The position numbers and the translations under genes were made by a program. Source: Vicugna vicugna (taxonomy: Eukaryota). Taken from it: a stretch of 64,000 nt of DNA. The stretch spans positions 96,982 to 160,981 of the forward strand of contig MU057576.1 of the NCBI GenBank assembly GCA_013265495.1, given 5' to 3'. Shown piece after piece: positions 1 through 12,200 of this stretch (its first letter is position 1; every line of letters starts with the position of its first letter). The notes below the pieces were generated by a model that saw only the letters and a list, made by a program, of their open reading frames with translations, did no database searches and was not told where the DNA came from.

Positions 1-215
1 AAAAGTTACAATGAAAATTATAAATTATACTAAATGGAAAAAATTTATTCTAAATGAAATGATAGTTAAAATATAGTATCAAAAATTTAAGACATAGCTA
101 AAGCAGCTCTTAGAAAAAATGTAGAGCTTTGAATACTTGCATTAGAAAAAAGGCTGAAAATTGACTACCCAAATACGTATTTCGAAAGTTAGAAAAAAAA
201 TAGCAAATTAAAACA
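1..215 (+). mobile_element. Old L1 ORF2 remnant
   Basis: A-rich; gctaaagcagctcttagaaaaaatgtagagctttgaatact resembles the decayed AKAVLRGKFIALNA region of L1 ORF2. Confidence 0.65.
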
Positions 216-504
216 TATTCAAAGCATGATTTGCGTGGTACATAGTAAGTACCATACAACTATTAATTTTATTATTATTACCTAGCTTGGGTAGGGGAGG
301 AAATGGTGCTATATATGCAACGTGGTTTACTGAAAGAAACTTACCAAGTTCTCTGCATTAGAATGTGGGTTTAAAGCCCCACATATTAATAAAATAGCAA
401 TTCTAATTTTTTTAATGAAACAAAGCAAAGAGAAATGGTTAAGATGGACAGCTCTAAAGCTAAAGTTATATGGGTTGGACTCCAGGATCTATGGCTGACA
501 AACT

Positions 505-1670
505 GTATGACTGTTTTAATTACCTATTGTTCTCTAACAAACTATCCCAAAACTCAGTGGCTTAAAACACCACCATTTTATTGCACACATTTTGCATGTT
601 GGGAATTTGGACAGGGCTCAGCAAGCAAGCTTCTGCTCCGTGTGGTGTTAGCAAGGTGGTTACATTCAGCTAGTGACTAGGCTGAGCTAACAGGTCCAGG
701 GCTGTGGTTCTCCTCCACATGGGCCCTATTATCATATGGCCTCTGTCTCTACCAGGATAGGCTGGACTTGATGTTGCTGGTGGAAGTAACTGGTGTTCTA
801 GGTTCTTGTCCCACCCCAGAATGAATTCAGAGACAAGAAATAGTGGTTAAAAAAAGTAAAGTGAGAATTTGTTAAAGGATGGATAGTACATTCTCAAGGG
901 GAGAACGGGAAGGCGCAGGTGAGCAGCTGCCCTATGTTTCTTTGGCAAGTTAGCTACATAGGGTGTGAAAATGAATGGGTGGAATATTCACTGGGGAGGG
1001 AAGGGTTTAGGGTCATATTCCCTGATTATCATCCCAACTCCACCTTCCTGGAGGGAGGAGGGATTTTTGTCCTTATTTAGTCTGGATCAGAAGGGTCATG
1101 GCATCAGTGCATGATGGGTACTTCTAACCTACAAGACTAATCTTATTGAAATGAGGGCATAATGAGCAAAAGGTCACATTCAGACACTGGAAATTCCTGC
1201 CTTTTCTCACCTTTCTTTGTCAGTCTCCAAGCCACTCATCACCCCAAAAGATGTGACCACTTATCAGCCCAAAGTTTCCTTCCTGCTCTTCTTTCTCTGC
1301 CCAGGGATCCCTGCTCCTCACATGATGTGTGGTTTCCTGCATTTGGCCTGTACTCCTTCTTTCTGCCCAATTCCTGCCATTTGGTCTGTGTCCCCCTTTT
1401 TCTGCTCATATCTAGCTATCTGCCTGCTCTAACATTTATACTGGGGTCAATAGGTAATAGGAGAATGAAAACAGACCCTGAAAGGCCCCTTAAGGCCTCC
1501 ATCAGAAGTTGTACCGTATCACTTTAATTGCATTCTGTTGATCACAGCAAATCACAGACCAGTCCAATTTAAGGAAGAGAAACCGACTCCTCCTCCTGAC
1601 GGAAGTGATGAAGTCACGTTCAAAAAGTAGAAGGGATTGTTGCCACCATATCTGGAAACAATACACTACA
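505..1670 (-). mobile_element. MLT1 (ERVL-MaLR) LTR, split by a younger LTR at 772-1434
   Basis: Typical MLT1 motifs aacaaactatcccaaaactcagtggcttaaaaca and cattctgttgatcacagcaaatcacagaccagtcca lie on either side of the insert. Confidence 0.75.
772..1434 (-). mobile_element. ERV1-type solo LTR (lineage-specific)
   Basis: TGTT...AACA termini; near-TSD ttga/ttta; nested in MLT1. Confidence 0.8.
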
Positions 1671-1671
1671 G

Positions 1672-1785
1672 GGACCTTGAGCAATTTACTCGTACTTTCT
1701 GTGCCTCAGTTCCCTCACCTGTGTAGGGAAATGATACTAATTCCTAGGATGTGAAAATTAAGGGAGAAAAAATAGAATGTGCTTA
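1672..1785 (+). mobile_element. MIR SINE fragment
   Basis: MIR core gaccttgagcaatttact...tctgtgcctcagttccctcacctgt. Confidence 0.75.
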
Positions 1786-1799
1786 GATATGTCTAGTAG

Positions 1800-2455
1800 A
1801 GTAATTCTCAAACTTGGTGTATATAAGAATCACCTGGGGTGGGGGGTGATTATTAAAGAGAGATTCCTGGACCCCACTCTCTGTTACCAAAGGCAAGTTT
1901 GTGTGCTCGACATACCATGAAGCCAAGCAAATGGAAACATCAGAGTTTGGAGCAGAGAAAGTTTTATTGTAGGGCTGAGCAACGAGGACAGGGCGGCTCA
2001 TGCCCAAGAAAACCCCAAACTCCCTGAATGGTTTCAGCAAAGCATATGTAAAGGCTAAGCAAGGGAGGGGTTGCAGGGTATGTGATCAGCTAGTGCACAA
2101 TCCTCTGACTGGTTGAATCTGAGGCAACAGGGAGGTCAACACCATCAACTCCTGGGTGCCAGAAGGTCTGGAGGCTATGTTCTCATCAGATAATTTCTTC
2201 CCTTTGGTGGTGGTTTTTAGCATCTGAAAAACTCAAGAAATATACATGAGATACAATTATCTGGCCACTTCAGAGAGGAGCTACAGCAGAGGATGTGGGG
2301 AGGGGTCTGACCCTGGGAGGCCCCCCATGGGCCTGCTTGGTTACACCTCTAGAGTTTCTGATTGAGCAGGTCTAGGGGAGGGCCCTCAAATTTCCACTTT
2401 TAAAAGTTCCCAGGTGAAGCTAATGTTGCTGGCCTTCAACCACAATTTAAATAGT
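1800..2455. mobile_element. MER5A-like hAT-Charlie element, split by the LTR at 1882-2345
   Basis: ttctcaaactt...gaatcacctggg...gattcctggacccca before the insert; gtttctgattgagcaggtctagg...ttcccaggtga after it. Confidence 0.75.
1882..2345 (-). mobile_element. ERV1-type solo LTR
   Basis: TGTTA...TTACA termini; AATAAA on the minus strand (~1963); near-TSD tctc/cctc. Confidence 0.8.
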
Positions 2456-3602
2456 GCTGGGGGAGGGAATAAAATGAAATAAAAATAAATAAATAAATAG
2501 CACTGAGGGAGTATTACAATCAATGCCCAATAACTGCCAGCTATTTTCATTGTAAAAGAAAGAGGGGAAAAAATGATTATGGACAGCTTTGCTCCTTTTA
2601 GACCCCAGAGGCACAAGGAAGTAACACTTACTGTCTTTCTCTCCCTTGAAGGAGATAGTTTGTATGTGTTTAAAAAAAAAAATTGCAAAACAGGACTAAA
2701 TGCATGGCAGAGGGTTTCAATGCTGTGGTTCACCGAGGGCCAGTCAAGGAAAAGTCCACCCTGAGGAAGTGTGTTTGGAGCTATGCAGCAAAGGATGAAT
2801 TGAAATAAGACAAAGGGGAGAAGTACCTCCCAGGGAAGCACATGAATAGATGGTCATCAGTCACCGTCACTATATATGCTGTTTAATTTAATGAGCTATT
2901 TTTGAAAACCAGGCAGTGTGGCAGAACTGTAAGAGAAGAAAAGAATATTCATTGTGCATAATCCGCAGACATCTGCAGCCCCATTTTTCTCGTCTCGAAT
3001 CAGGATGCCAAGCTTTGTCAGCTCCATTGTATCATTAGCCAGCCTGGGCCTCTCCAGGTTGTCATGGTAACAGAATAACTTCCTCTCTCTTGTTTTTTTC
3101 CTCACAAACTATTCAAAAGAATGAAATGCCATGACACCAGCATCTCTGCCATTTTTTCAGCTGAATTTCTTTGGAAACTGTGTCTTCCTAAGGGCAGATT
3201 CATGAGTTCCCAAGGTTGGGCCTTCTCTTTTGTGGGAAACCTTTATCAGAAACCTATCCTTTCATGTTCTAGAGCAATGTGTGGCCTTGTACGTCAGTTC
3301 TGGGAGACTTGGCTTTTACAGACTGAGTTCCATGTTCCCGGTGGCTTTGAATGTATCTCTGTTTCCCCAATGAGAAATAAGTAAATGTAGTTTTAATACC
3401 AAATGTTTTCCAGCCCTTTGCCACATTACTCTGCTGGATAAAAATCTTCAGAAGGAACAGAACACAATCTTCTTAAATTTGTAGATTCTGTAAGGATTAA
3501 TTGGTTTGTTTTGCCCTAGAGTCAGTTCTCATGGTTTCATATCACCTGTTTTAATTTAAAAGCATCCTCAAAGTTGTAGTGTTTAGGCCATCTATGTATG
3601 AT

Positions 3603-3720
3603 AGTGGTTCTCACACTTAAACCTATATCACAATCACCTGGCAGTCTTGTTAAAACACATTGCTGGCATTTCTGGTTCAGCAGGTAAGGTACAAGGTCTG
3701 AGGCTTTGTAGTTCTAAAGT
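3603..3720. mobile_element. MER5A-like fragment
   Basis: agtggttctcacactt...aatcacctggcagtcttgttaaaacacattgctgg. Confidence 0.7.
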
Positions 3721-4094
3721 GCTATACTCGGAGTACTATCAGTGGTTACTGAGGCTAGTCAGTAAGGCTATGAACGGCCAACAGTTGGTAAACTCCTGGA
3801 CCGCACCTCTAGTTAGCCTGTTAAAAGCAGGGGTGGGCGGGGGAACTGCTCACAGTACTTGTAGATAGAAGATAATGGTTCCACATCTACCCTTCCCCAA
3901 TCCTGACTAAATAATGAGTCCTCTTAGGCAAGTTATGGAAGTTCTCTAAACCAAAACTTGACCTTAAAAAAAATATAATATCCCCTTACTGAACTTTGCA
4001 AAGTCGTTGTTCTGATGAAATACAACAAAAGGTGTGAGGCTAAGTCAGTGGGGAACTGCCATATAAATATGTTGTTAAGAGTGCTTTCTGCAAG

Positions 4095-4229
4095 AGGGTG
4101 GGTATAGCTCAGTGGCAGTGTGCATGCTTAGCATCCCTAAGGTCCTGGGTTCAATACCCTGCTTCCATTAAAATAAATGAATGTGTTTTTTTTAATAAAC
4201 CTAATTGCCTTCCCCTATTTAAAAAAAAA
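4095..4229 (+). mobile_element. tRNA-Ala-derived SINE (camelid Vic-1 type)
   Basis: A box tagctcagtgg, anticodon arm cttagcat, B box ggttcaatacc, A-rich tail, degenerate TSD aagagtgct/aaaagtgct. Confidence 0.85.
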
Positions 4230-4470
4230 GTGCTGCTGCCAAGACTAACTCTTTTCATAACTGTTGAAGTGAAATTTCATTCATACTCTCAAGGCCACCT
4301 CAAAGGTTACCTCCTCGGGGCACGGCCCCTAATCCCCACAGACAAAATTGATCCATAAATAAATGAATAAAAACATTAAGTTAGTTACATATCCTTCACT
4401 TCAGATAAGATAACATATACATATTGTCTACCTAAATTCTCCCACTCCTCTGGCACAACCTCACCTTCTA

Positions 4471-4578
4471 AAAATATATATGCTATATAATATAAAATAT
4501 ATAGAAATATATATGATATAAAATATATATGTGTATATATATATATATACACACAAACACATACACACACATCACACA
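4471..4578. repeat. (TA)n/(CA)n compound low-complexity repeat
   Basis: Visible dinucleotide runs. Confidence 0.85.
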
Positions 4579-7469
4579 AATAATAGATTTAACTCAGTAA
4601 ACTAAACCTTGTGACCTATATAACATTCCTAAGCTGGGCTTCCAGAGCCAGCATGCCTCTCCCAGTTTATGTGGTTCAGGTGCCCTCAAGGTAGATTCCT
4701 TGGAAGATGGAAGCAAGCTGGATAGTGAGCAACTCTCATCCCCAAACCAGATGGTTAACCTCTACCTGGACCAGCTCCCAGGAAAGGAATTGACAGGGCA
4801 GGGGCTGCCAGACCTGGGACTTTCCTTGTTATGGTGGCTCCCAGTGCTGTGCTGGGGCATTGACCTTGACAATGCAAGCCCAGTGGGATCAGATAAACTG
4901 GAATTAGTGAACATCAATATGTTTTCAGCTGCCTTGGGCACTAGAATTGTACAGCTGCAGAATGCCACCCCACCCCCTTTTTCTTTCTTGAGGATCTTGG
5001 TTGCAAGAGAAGACAGAGTGGAAAGTTAGGAACCAAACACCATGATTTTCATGAAGCCCATCCAGGAATCACTAGATGCCTTTGACTAATCAGGAAGCTC
5101 CCACACCTTGTCAGCATCTTAGTAGTAGAAAAAGAAAGCTTGATGAGCCCTTCCCATGATCAAGTGCAGATGACTTGCCAATAACCTTGGCCTCATGCTC
5201 AGAAGGGAGCACCAGACTGTACAGTCTTACACATAACAGGGGTTCCTCCTTTCTCTCCATATCTGGAAACATCTTCCGCTAGGCAGCATGTTTATCTGGA
5301 ATCCTTGGCACGAGGCAGAGAGGGTAGATTCTGATGGGAAACAGGCAACACTGGCTACAGAAGTTTGAGATGAAGTAGACGAGATAGGTCCTTCAAATGA
5401 CCCAGCCAGGGATTTTAGCCAGAAGAAGTCCCTGGTAGACCATGGACAGGTAGGCCAAGGGTCACTGCTGTGGCAACAGATTGCACCTGCCACTTAAACT
5501 TGTCCACAGCCCTCTGCAGGGACAATCTTCAAAGTCCTCATTCTTACCGGCTCATGGAGTGTCTGCATGCATAAATCTCCTTTGGATCTGGTTTTTCTGA
5601 GACTGTCTCTGAATTTCTGGAACAAAAAGCAAAGACCCCGCCCGGAGTATGATGGCCTGGCCCCTCTGGGATCCTGATATCAGCACCTAGATGGCCTTTC
5701 TCCCTCTCGCCTTCACTTCTGTCCTCTTTTATGTCAATAATGAACAGAAAATATTTAAACAAAACTTACAAATCCAATTTACATTTTTAAAACATTTTAA
5801 TCAACCCTGGTTTTTGCCATTTGCAGTTGAACACTGCTTTATTATTATTGTATAAATATTCCCCAAAATACATTTTCTCATTTAAATACCACAGAAAATT
5901 GAATACCTAGGAGGGCTGTCATTTGTAACTGTCACACAGCTCCTCCAAGTCCAGGAAGATAAATGGGTTACGGAAAATTTTCCTTCTTTATGCTCTTTAC
6001 CTCAGTGTCTGCTCACCCAAAATAATTCTTGCTCTGTGCTGTAAAATATTTTAAAAGAAAATGTTCTGTTTATCTTTTAGAGTGCATTTCTGGTGACATT
6101 TTGTATAAAAACCCCTATAAAATGTTCTCCTCTAAAATGTGTTTACTGGAGCCCGGATAAAATTTTAAAATCATCCCCAGTATCCTGGGTCCTCTGTCAC
6201 TTGTCCAGATTTGGTGGACATGTTCACTGCAGCATGAGGGAAGGTATAACTCTGATGGCATCAGCTGCAGTGCAGGTGGCTTTGTTCTTAGAGACTCTTC
6301 TGTTTGATGCTTCTGTTTTACACATTATGAAGCACAATTTTCCCAGGGTCCCTCCCAGTGAGTTCAAGATGGAACATGGTTAGAAAGTGAGGAAGATGAG
6401 GGACTGGGCAAGAAGAGAAGTACAAGGAGGGCAAAATAAGTGGCTCCACATGTGGGCTATAAACAGAAGTGCCAGGATCATGCTGGCAGCCATTGTGTGG
6501 AGACAGGGCAGCCCACTGACCTCACAGCCAGCTGGACAGGGGATGGTTGGGTTGTAAAGCTCTAGCCAGAAGATTCTAACAAACATGGGGTTTATTGGAA
6601 AATAAATGAAGCTACACTGGGGTAAATACCCATTTGTGGTCCCCAACCCAGATTAGGGCATATCAGGGAAAACTGTTTTGGTGGCAGACAAATTTTTCAT
6701 CATTGTAGAAAGTTCTACTGGACAGTGCTGGTCTAGTTAGGTTTGAAGTTATCTAGGCAATAGATGACAGGGTCCTCTCATCACCTGGGCCCTAAAGGCA
6801 GTGGTGTGACTTAGCCAGGTCCTCACTTGGTAGAACTAACCGATCTGCTTGCAGGACTGCCCAGGAAGAGCGTGAACTGGCCCATAGGACCACGCTTGCT
6901 CATGGGAGGGGACGTGGCTAAAGAGGAAGCCACCTAGGAAGCTACCCTTGAGGGACACCGTCCCCTTTTACAGACAATGCAATTCGAATCCAGAAATCCT
7001 TTTAGAATCTCTACATTGTTGCCCCCCGACCCAACTTCACCCATTCGTTAAAGGTCTTAGAAGGCCAATTGGCAATACTGAGTGGAGTAGAGGAGAGAAA
7101 AGGTTCTCCTGAAGAAAGAGCCTGCTCTTGCACCTGTCTTAGGACATGAATCTCTCTTCCCAGAGACTTGGGTTTTCTTCTCTCGGAATTAGGAAGGATG
7201 GAACCAAAGCTCCCTTGCCCACTTACTGAGAATGTGGGCCGGGGACCACAAATGGGACCACAAACTACTGGCTTGTGTGGCATCAGCCATTTTTTATTAA
7301 ACCACACATTTATCAGAATCTTTTTGCTGGATCTTCACAATGCAACCATCCTGTGGAATATATACCTCTCTTCATACACCAGTTGACTGTCCCATGTGAT
7401 TTTATCCCAGCCTAGGAGTGTCTTGGGCCCACCAGATCAAAACAAGAGCCAAGACATCAGAGCCAAAAG

Positions 7470-7965
7470 TGTTTGCAAGTCCAAACTCATTCTACTCACT
7501 GCACAACGGGCCAATAAATCTTGAGACAAGGTGTTGGGGCAAGGAATAACGACTTTATTTGGAAAGTCAACAGACCAAGAAGATGGGGGACTAATGTCCT
7601 AGAGAATCATCTTATCCAAGACGGAATTCGGGCTCCTTTTATACTAAAAAGGGGAGCAGGTTTGCAAACTTCTTGGTGTCAGAATCTTTTGTTCTTACAG
7701 CTGTCCACATGGGTCAAGTTGTGGTGTTCCTATATATCTTCAACCAGGTGAATGTTATTCTCTGTTCTGCAACTTTTTATCTCTACGTGAATGGAAAAAT
7801 GTTATACCCTTAAAGGTCAGAGCTATCATGTATATTTCAGGCTACAGGCAACCTTCTTTTGCAAAAGGTGCAGCACCGGCACGACTCAGCACAGGACACA
7901 GAGCACAGGGCTGGCGCTAAAGGAACAGATCTAACATGGGGTCAGATTTGTTCTTCCCTGTTACA
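7470..7965 (-). mobile_element. ERV1-type solo LTR (same family as 51431-51953)
   Basis: TG...CA termini; shares long blocks (ggtgttggggcaaggaa, aaaggaacagatctaacatgg) with the 51.4-kb copy. Confidence 0.85.
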
Positions 7966-8208
7966 AAAAAAGTGATTGGTTTGTGACATTACTATGAAGG
8001 CTAAAGTCAGAATGAACCAGGAAGGTGCTGAGATACAGACACAGAGATATAAATGTACATACATGTATGACTCGGGAATAGGAGATTCGGTGAGGAATCA
8101 AGGACCGGGACAAAAGCTGAAGCATGTTTAAAAAAAGAGAGCGAGAGATGGGTGGCCTGGGTAACTAAAGTTTCAGAAATAGAGATCTGACTGAAATAGA
8201 TATAATTA

Positions 8209-8667
8209 TGTAGGGTTTGTTAGTATTGAAGTCTGGGAGACACAGATCCAAGAAGCATTTAAATTGTGTTCTGCTGAACTACAACATAGGGGAGGCTTAT
8301 AGATGCAACCCCCCCCCCACAAGTTTGCATAAGTTGTTTGCCAAGAATTAGAATTGAGGCTGGCAAAAAGAAGGGTTTTTTTTAAAGAAAGGGTTAGAAT
8401 TAGAATTGAGGCTGGCAAGAAGTAAGGGTTCTTATTAAGCAAGGGTTGATTGGGCTCTGAAACGATTACATGGCTGCAAAGGGCAGAGTGGGGTGACTGA
8501 AACTACAAGGTTGCAAGTAGCAGCTGCTAACAGACGCTGCTCTGAACATGGTGTGTCCTTGAGTTTGAGATAATTCAGAAAAAATTCAAGTTCTCAGCGA
8601 TGCAGAAACAAGTCTGAAGCCATATCCACAATGGCCACCTGGCTCCCTTTTGGATTCCTGAACCACA
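8209..8667 (-). mobile_element. Probable old solo LTR with an internal 52-bp tandem duplication
   Basis: TG...CA ends and LTR-like composition; family not identified. Confidence 0.45.
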
Positions 8668-9081
8668 GGCATTTTGATTTTTAAGCGATCTTAAATATGT
8701 CAGCTGTACCAAGGAGTACACCAAGACAAGCAGCCCAGGAACCCTGCAGAACCGTGCCTGGTGTCCAACCTGTCAGGGCTATCCTTAGCCCACAGAGCCT
8801 CTTCTGAGCCTGGTGGCCACTGCCCTGTGGCCGTAGCAGTGGATCACATCCTGGACCTGAAATACACAGTCAGTGAGGCCAGGAGCTACATTCAGGCTTT
8901 TCTTTGCGCTTCCTCCAGTCCACCACAGCCACGTCCCTTCTGGAGTGTACAAGACAAATCCCGCACCTAGCAGATTAGCGGGTGACCTCACCTCCTCGGC
9001 ATAGAGCAGAAAATCAAGTCTGAGAAGACTGTATGCATAAAGGCCTTCAAACAACCAAAATAATGGTGTTGAAGTTAACGC

Positions 9082-9133
9082 CGTCTTTTGACACAACATT
9101 GTAAACAGACTATAACTCAATAAAAAAAAGAAA
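9082..9133 (+). mobile_element. Extremely 5'-truncated young L1 (terminus plus A tail)
   Basis: ttgacacaacattgtaaacagactataactcaataaaaaaaa matches the termini of other young L1s in the window; TSD gaagttaacgc/gaagtcaacgc. Confidence 0.8.
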
Positions 9134-9617
9134 GAAGTCAACGCACTCTATTTATGGGATTAGGCTCCTTATGGGAGGGGCTCAATCCCTCATTCAGAGT
9201 TTATCAATCTTACTTTACACCACACAGTAACAAACTTAACTGTCTGCTTTATCAGTCCAAAGCAGACGTGAAGCACAGAATTAGGAAAGGAGACCAAACA
9301 TTATAAAAGAGACATAAGGTCAATTCACAAAGCACAAGCTGAGGCCATTTGGTATAGCATTAAACTTCCACTTCATAACAGTAACTTCCAGCAATTAGCA
9401 CCAAAATGATTATATCATGTCCAGTTTTCTCTGCCTAAGTCACAGATTTGCCACAGTAATTCTGTAATTCAGGGATTGAAGATACTGGTTTATGGGCTAA
9501 ACTGTATCTCCCTTTTGTTCTATTTTTTTTTTATGTTATCCTTGAACAAAGGAGGAAGAAACTACTTTCTTCTCTCAAGACTCATAGGAGGTGAATCCTG
9601 CAAAATGATGAACCAGT

Positions 9618-9845
9618 TACAGAAAGCAGACTAAAGGTCACCAGAGGCTGCAAAGTGGGAGAAATGAGAAGTCACTGTTTAATGCACATAGAATTTCTGT
9701 TCAGGATGATGCAAAAGCTCTGCAGTGGGTAGTGGTGATGGATGTACAACACAGCAGATATAATCAATGCCAACTGAACTGTACACTTAAAATGACCAAA
9801 ATGGTACGTTTGACTTCATGTACATTTTACCACAATAAAAATAAA
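9618..9845 (+). mobile_element. L1MB-like 3' end
   Basis: gtggtgatggatgtacaaca...actgaactgtacacttaaaatg...ttttaccacaataaaa. Confidence 0.85.
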
Positions 9846-10877
9846 CTAATTAATTAAAGGTACAGAGATGGCCCCGCTAAGGGGCTAAAGGCAGATGTGG
9901 GGAAAGGAAAAACCCTCCAGTAAGAAACTCTGGGAGGCATGTGGCTTGAATTTTCCTTCTCTACATGGTAATTGCCACCTGATCTTACCAAGTCTTTAGG
10001 TAAAGCCTGCTCTAGGCTGTAATTTTGGGGAGAAAAAGTAGGTCACTCTTGGACCCTGATGAGAGCACAGTGGTCACCTGGAGAAACAGCAATGAGAAGG
10101 GCTGAGCAGCAGAGCAGCTACTGGCTGAGGCCGCAGGTGGGAATGAAAGCACACGGAGGACATGTGCGCACCCCTGGTGTTGCTCAGGAACAGCAATGGA
10201 GGGAGTTCTCTCACAGGCTGGACCCCTACAGGCTATGAGCCACTCACTAAAGGCTGGACCACTGCCTACAGCCCTAACCTCTTCCCTGACCCCGGCATCT
10301 TCTCAGATTCCTACCCAGACTGGCCCGCCTACCTGCACTATGGCACAGGCAGCCTCCTGGGGACATGCTGGACTTGAATCCAATGTTACCCAGAGTCCTC
10401 CTGCAACTGAAGCATTCTGGTCACCTTCCCTCCCCTGACCCATCCCATCCTCCTCATGCCCTGCCTCTCCCAGAGTTCTCACCGCTCTCACTCCTGAGAT
10501 CCCCACTGAAGCCGGCTTCACCCACGCCCCAGGAGGAATCACAGAGCTCTGCTGTGGCTGTCACCTCTTCCTCAAGCACAGAGCCGCCCCTGTTGCCTCA
10601 GAAGTCCATCCAGCACAGCCTTCTCAGTTCCGTTGGTCACCAGGGGCTGAAGTATGTCCAGGAGCATCTCACTGCCCTGGTGCAGTCCCCTTCCTCCCCC
10701 TGGTCCTGGGTGCCATCATTATCAAAATACAGCCCTTGAAGTCTCTACAATGTAGGACAGTGTGGGGCTGACTGGCCCCTGGCACCACTCTGTGTGCCCC
10801 TCTTGAGAGTGGTTGAAGGCTCCAACACCAGCCATGGGTGTGGCTTAATTTTCTTCCTATTTAGGACTCACTGGATA

Positions 10878-11351
10878 CAGCTGGTCAGGGTCCCAGCGTA
10901 CTGAGCTGAGATGTCACATGTGACTTTGGGTACTTTGGGGGCAGTTTACTAAGGGACTATTTACAAAAGTGTAGACAAAGAGTAGGGAATTCACAAGAAT
11001 AGTGTGGTATCCCAACGTCAGAAGCAGCCTTCACTCACCCCTAGGCCTGAAGCGTGAAGGAGGATGCAGTTAAGAAAACTCAAAGATGGTGCGGCTAAGT
11101 TGAAAGAAGCCTGCCACAGGCTGAGACCTTTGGTCAAGGGACACAGCTACCTGTGGTGATCCCACAAGAAGAAGGGAAACGGACATTGGCTTGACTCTCC
11201 CTCCTGATCCTTTGCATCTCCTGTGGGGTTTCCCCATTGGCTGAACCCAACCAGCAGCTGCGTGGGAAGCCCACTGTGGTAGGACATGCTGGCCAGCCTC
11301 CCAGGGCACAGGGCAGCACGGAGGAGGGTGCAGTGTGGATGATTACCAGCA
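10878..11351 (-). mobile_element. LTR33-like (ERVL) LTR
   Basis: gtcagggtcccagc, aagggactatttacaaaagtgt, cccattggctgaacccaaccag, cagcctcccagggcacagggcag. Confidence 0.75.
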
Positions 11352-11639
11352 GGAACCCCTACCCCTGGTACGTGCTCACAGTGCTGGTGACAGGGTGGAG
11401 GGGGAGAGCAGCCTAAGGTCATCTACGCTCTACAGAGCTTCAAACCCAAACATTGAGACACAAACCCAAAGAAGAGAAGGAACAAGAGAAGGCAGATTAA
11501 AGATCTGAGCAAGCCAGGTTTTCCTGGCCACATGCTGGTGCCCCCGGCCCTGGGAGCAGCTCCCACTCTCATTCCTTTCCCCTCACTCAGTGGCTGACTT
11601 CCCACTCAAAAACACAGCTAAAAATGCAGTTTTTAAAAT

Positions 11640-12200
11640 CAACCCATAAAGACACAAATGGGCAATTTATCGACAAAGCAATACAAATGACTTACAAAGA
11701 CATGAAAAGATACTCAATCTGATAATTTATAAATTGCCAAGGTGCTGTTTTTTTTAAACCTCTCATGCTGGCAAAGATGAAAGCATTTGATGATACACAA
11801 TAGCTACATGATTATGAAGAAACTGCTGGTAGCAATTTAAATTGATGACATTTCTTCGCAGGATCATAAATTTAAAGATTTGCATATTGGTTCATTTAGC
11901 AATCTTACTCCCAGAAATGCATTCTATAAATATCCCCCCACATGCAAGCAAAAAACCAAAGAAGAATATTCATTGCCACATTGTATGTAAAAGCAAGGAT
12001 TTGGGATTATTAATTGGGAAAATCTTAATTGTTTACAAATAGAGCAATGGTTTAAGTAAATACAGTTTGTAAATACAATTTAATACTAACTAACAGACTT
12101 AAAAATAGACACACATATGTGCTGGTAGGTAAACATCTCTAAGATATGTTATTAAGTAATAAGCAAGGCACAGAGCTACTTAAGTATGGTATGGCCCTAT
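11640..12200 (+). mobile_element. Old L1ME-like ORF2-end/3' UTR remnant
   Basis: Decayed gacatgaaaagatactca, agcaatcttactcccagaaat and gaatattcattgccacattgt motifs. Confidence 0.65.

Noticed and set aside
4700..5029. 109-aa ORF with a hydrophobic stretch
   Set aside because: TTG start and no homology that I can recognise.
10162..10739. Ser/Pro-rich 124-aa ORF and neighbours
   Set aside because: No recognisable domain, non-ATG start, and no convincing splice frame.
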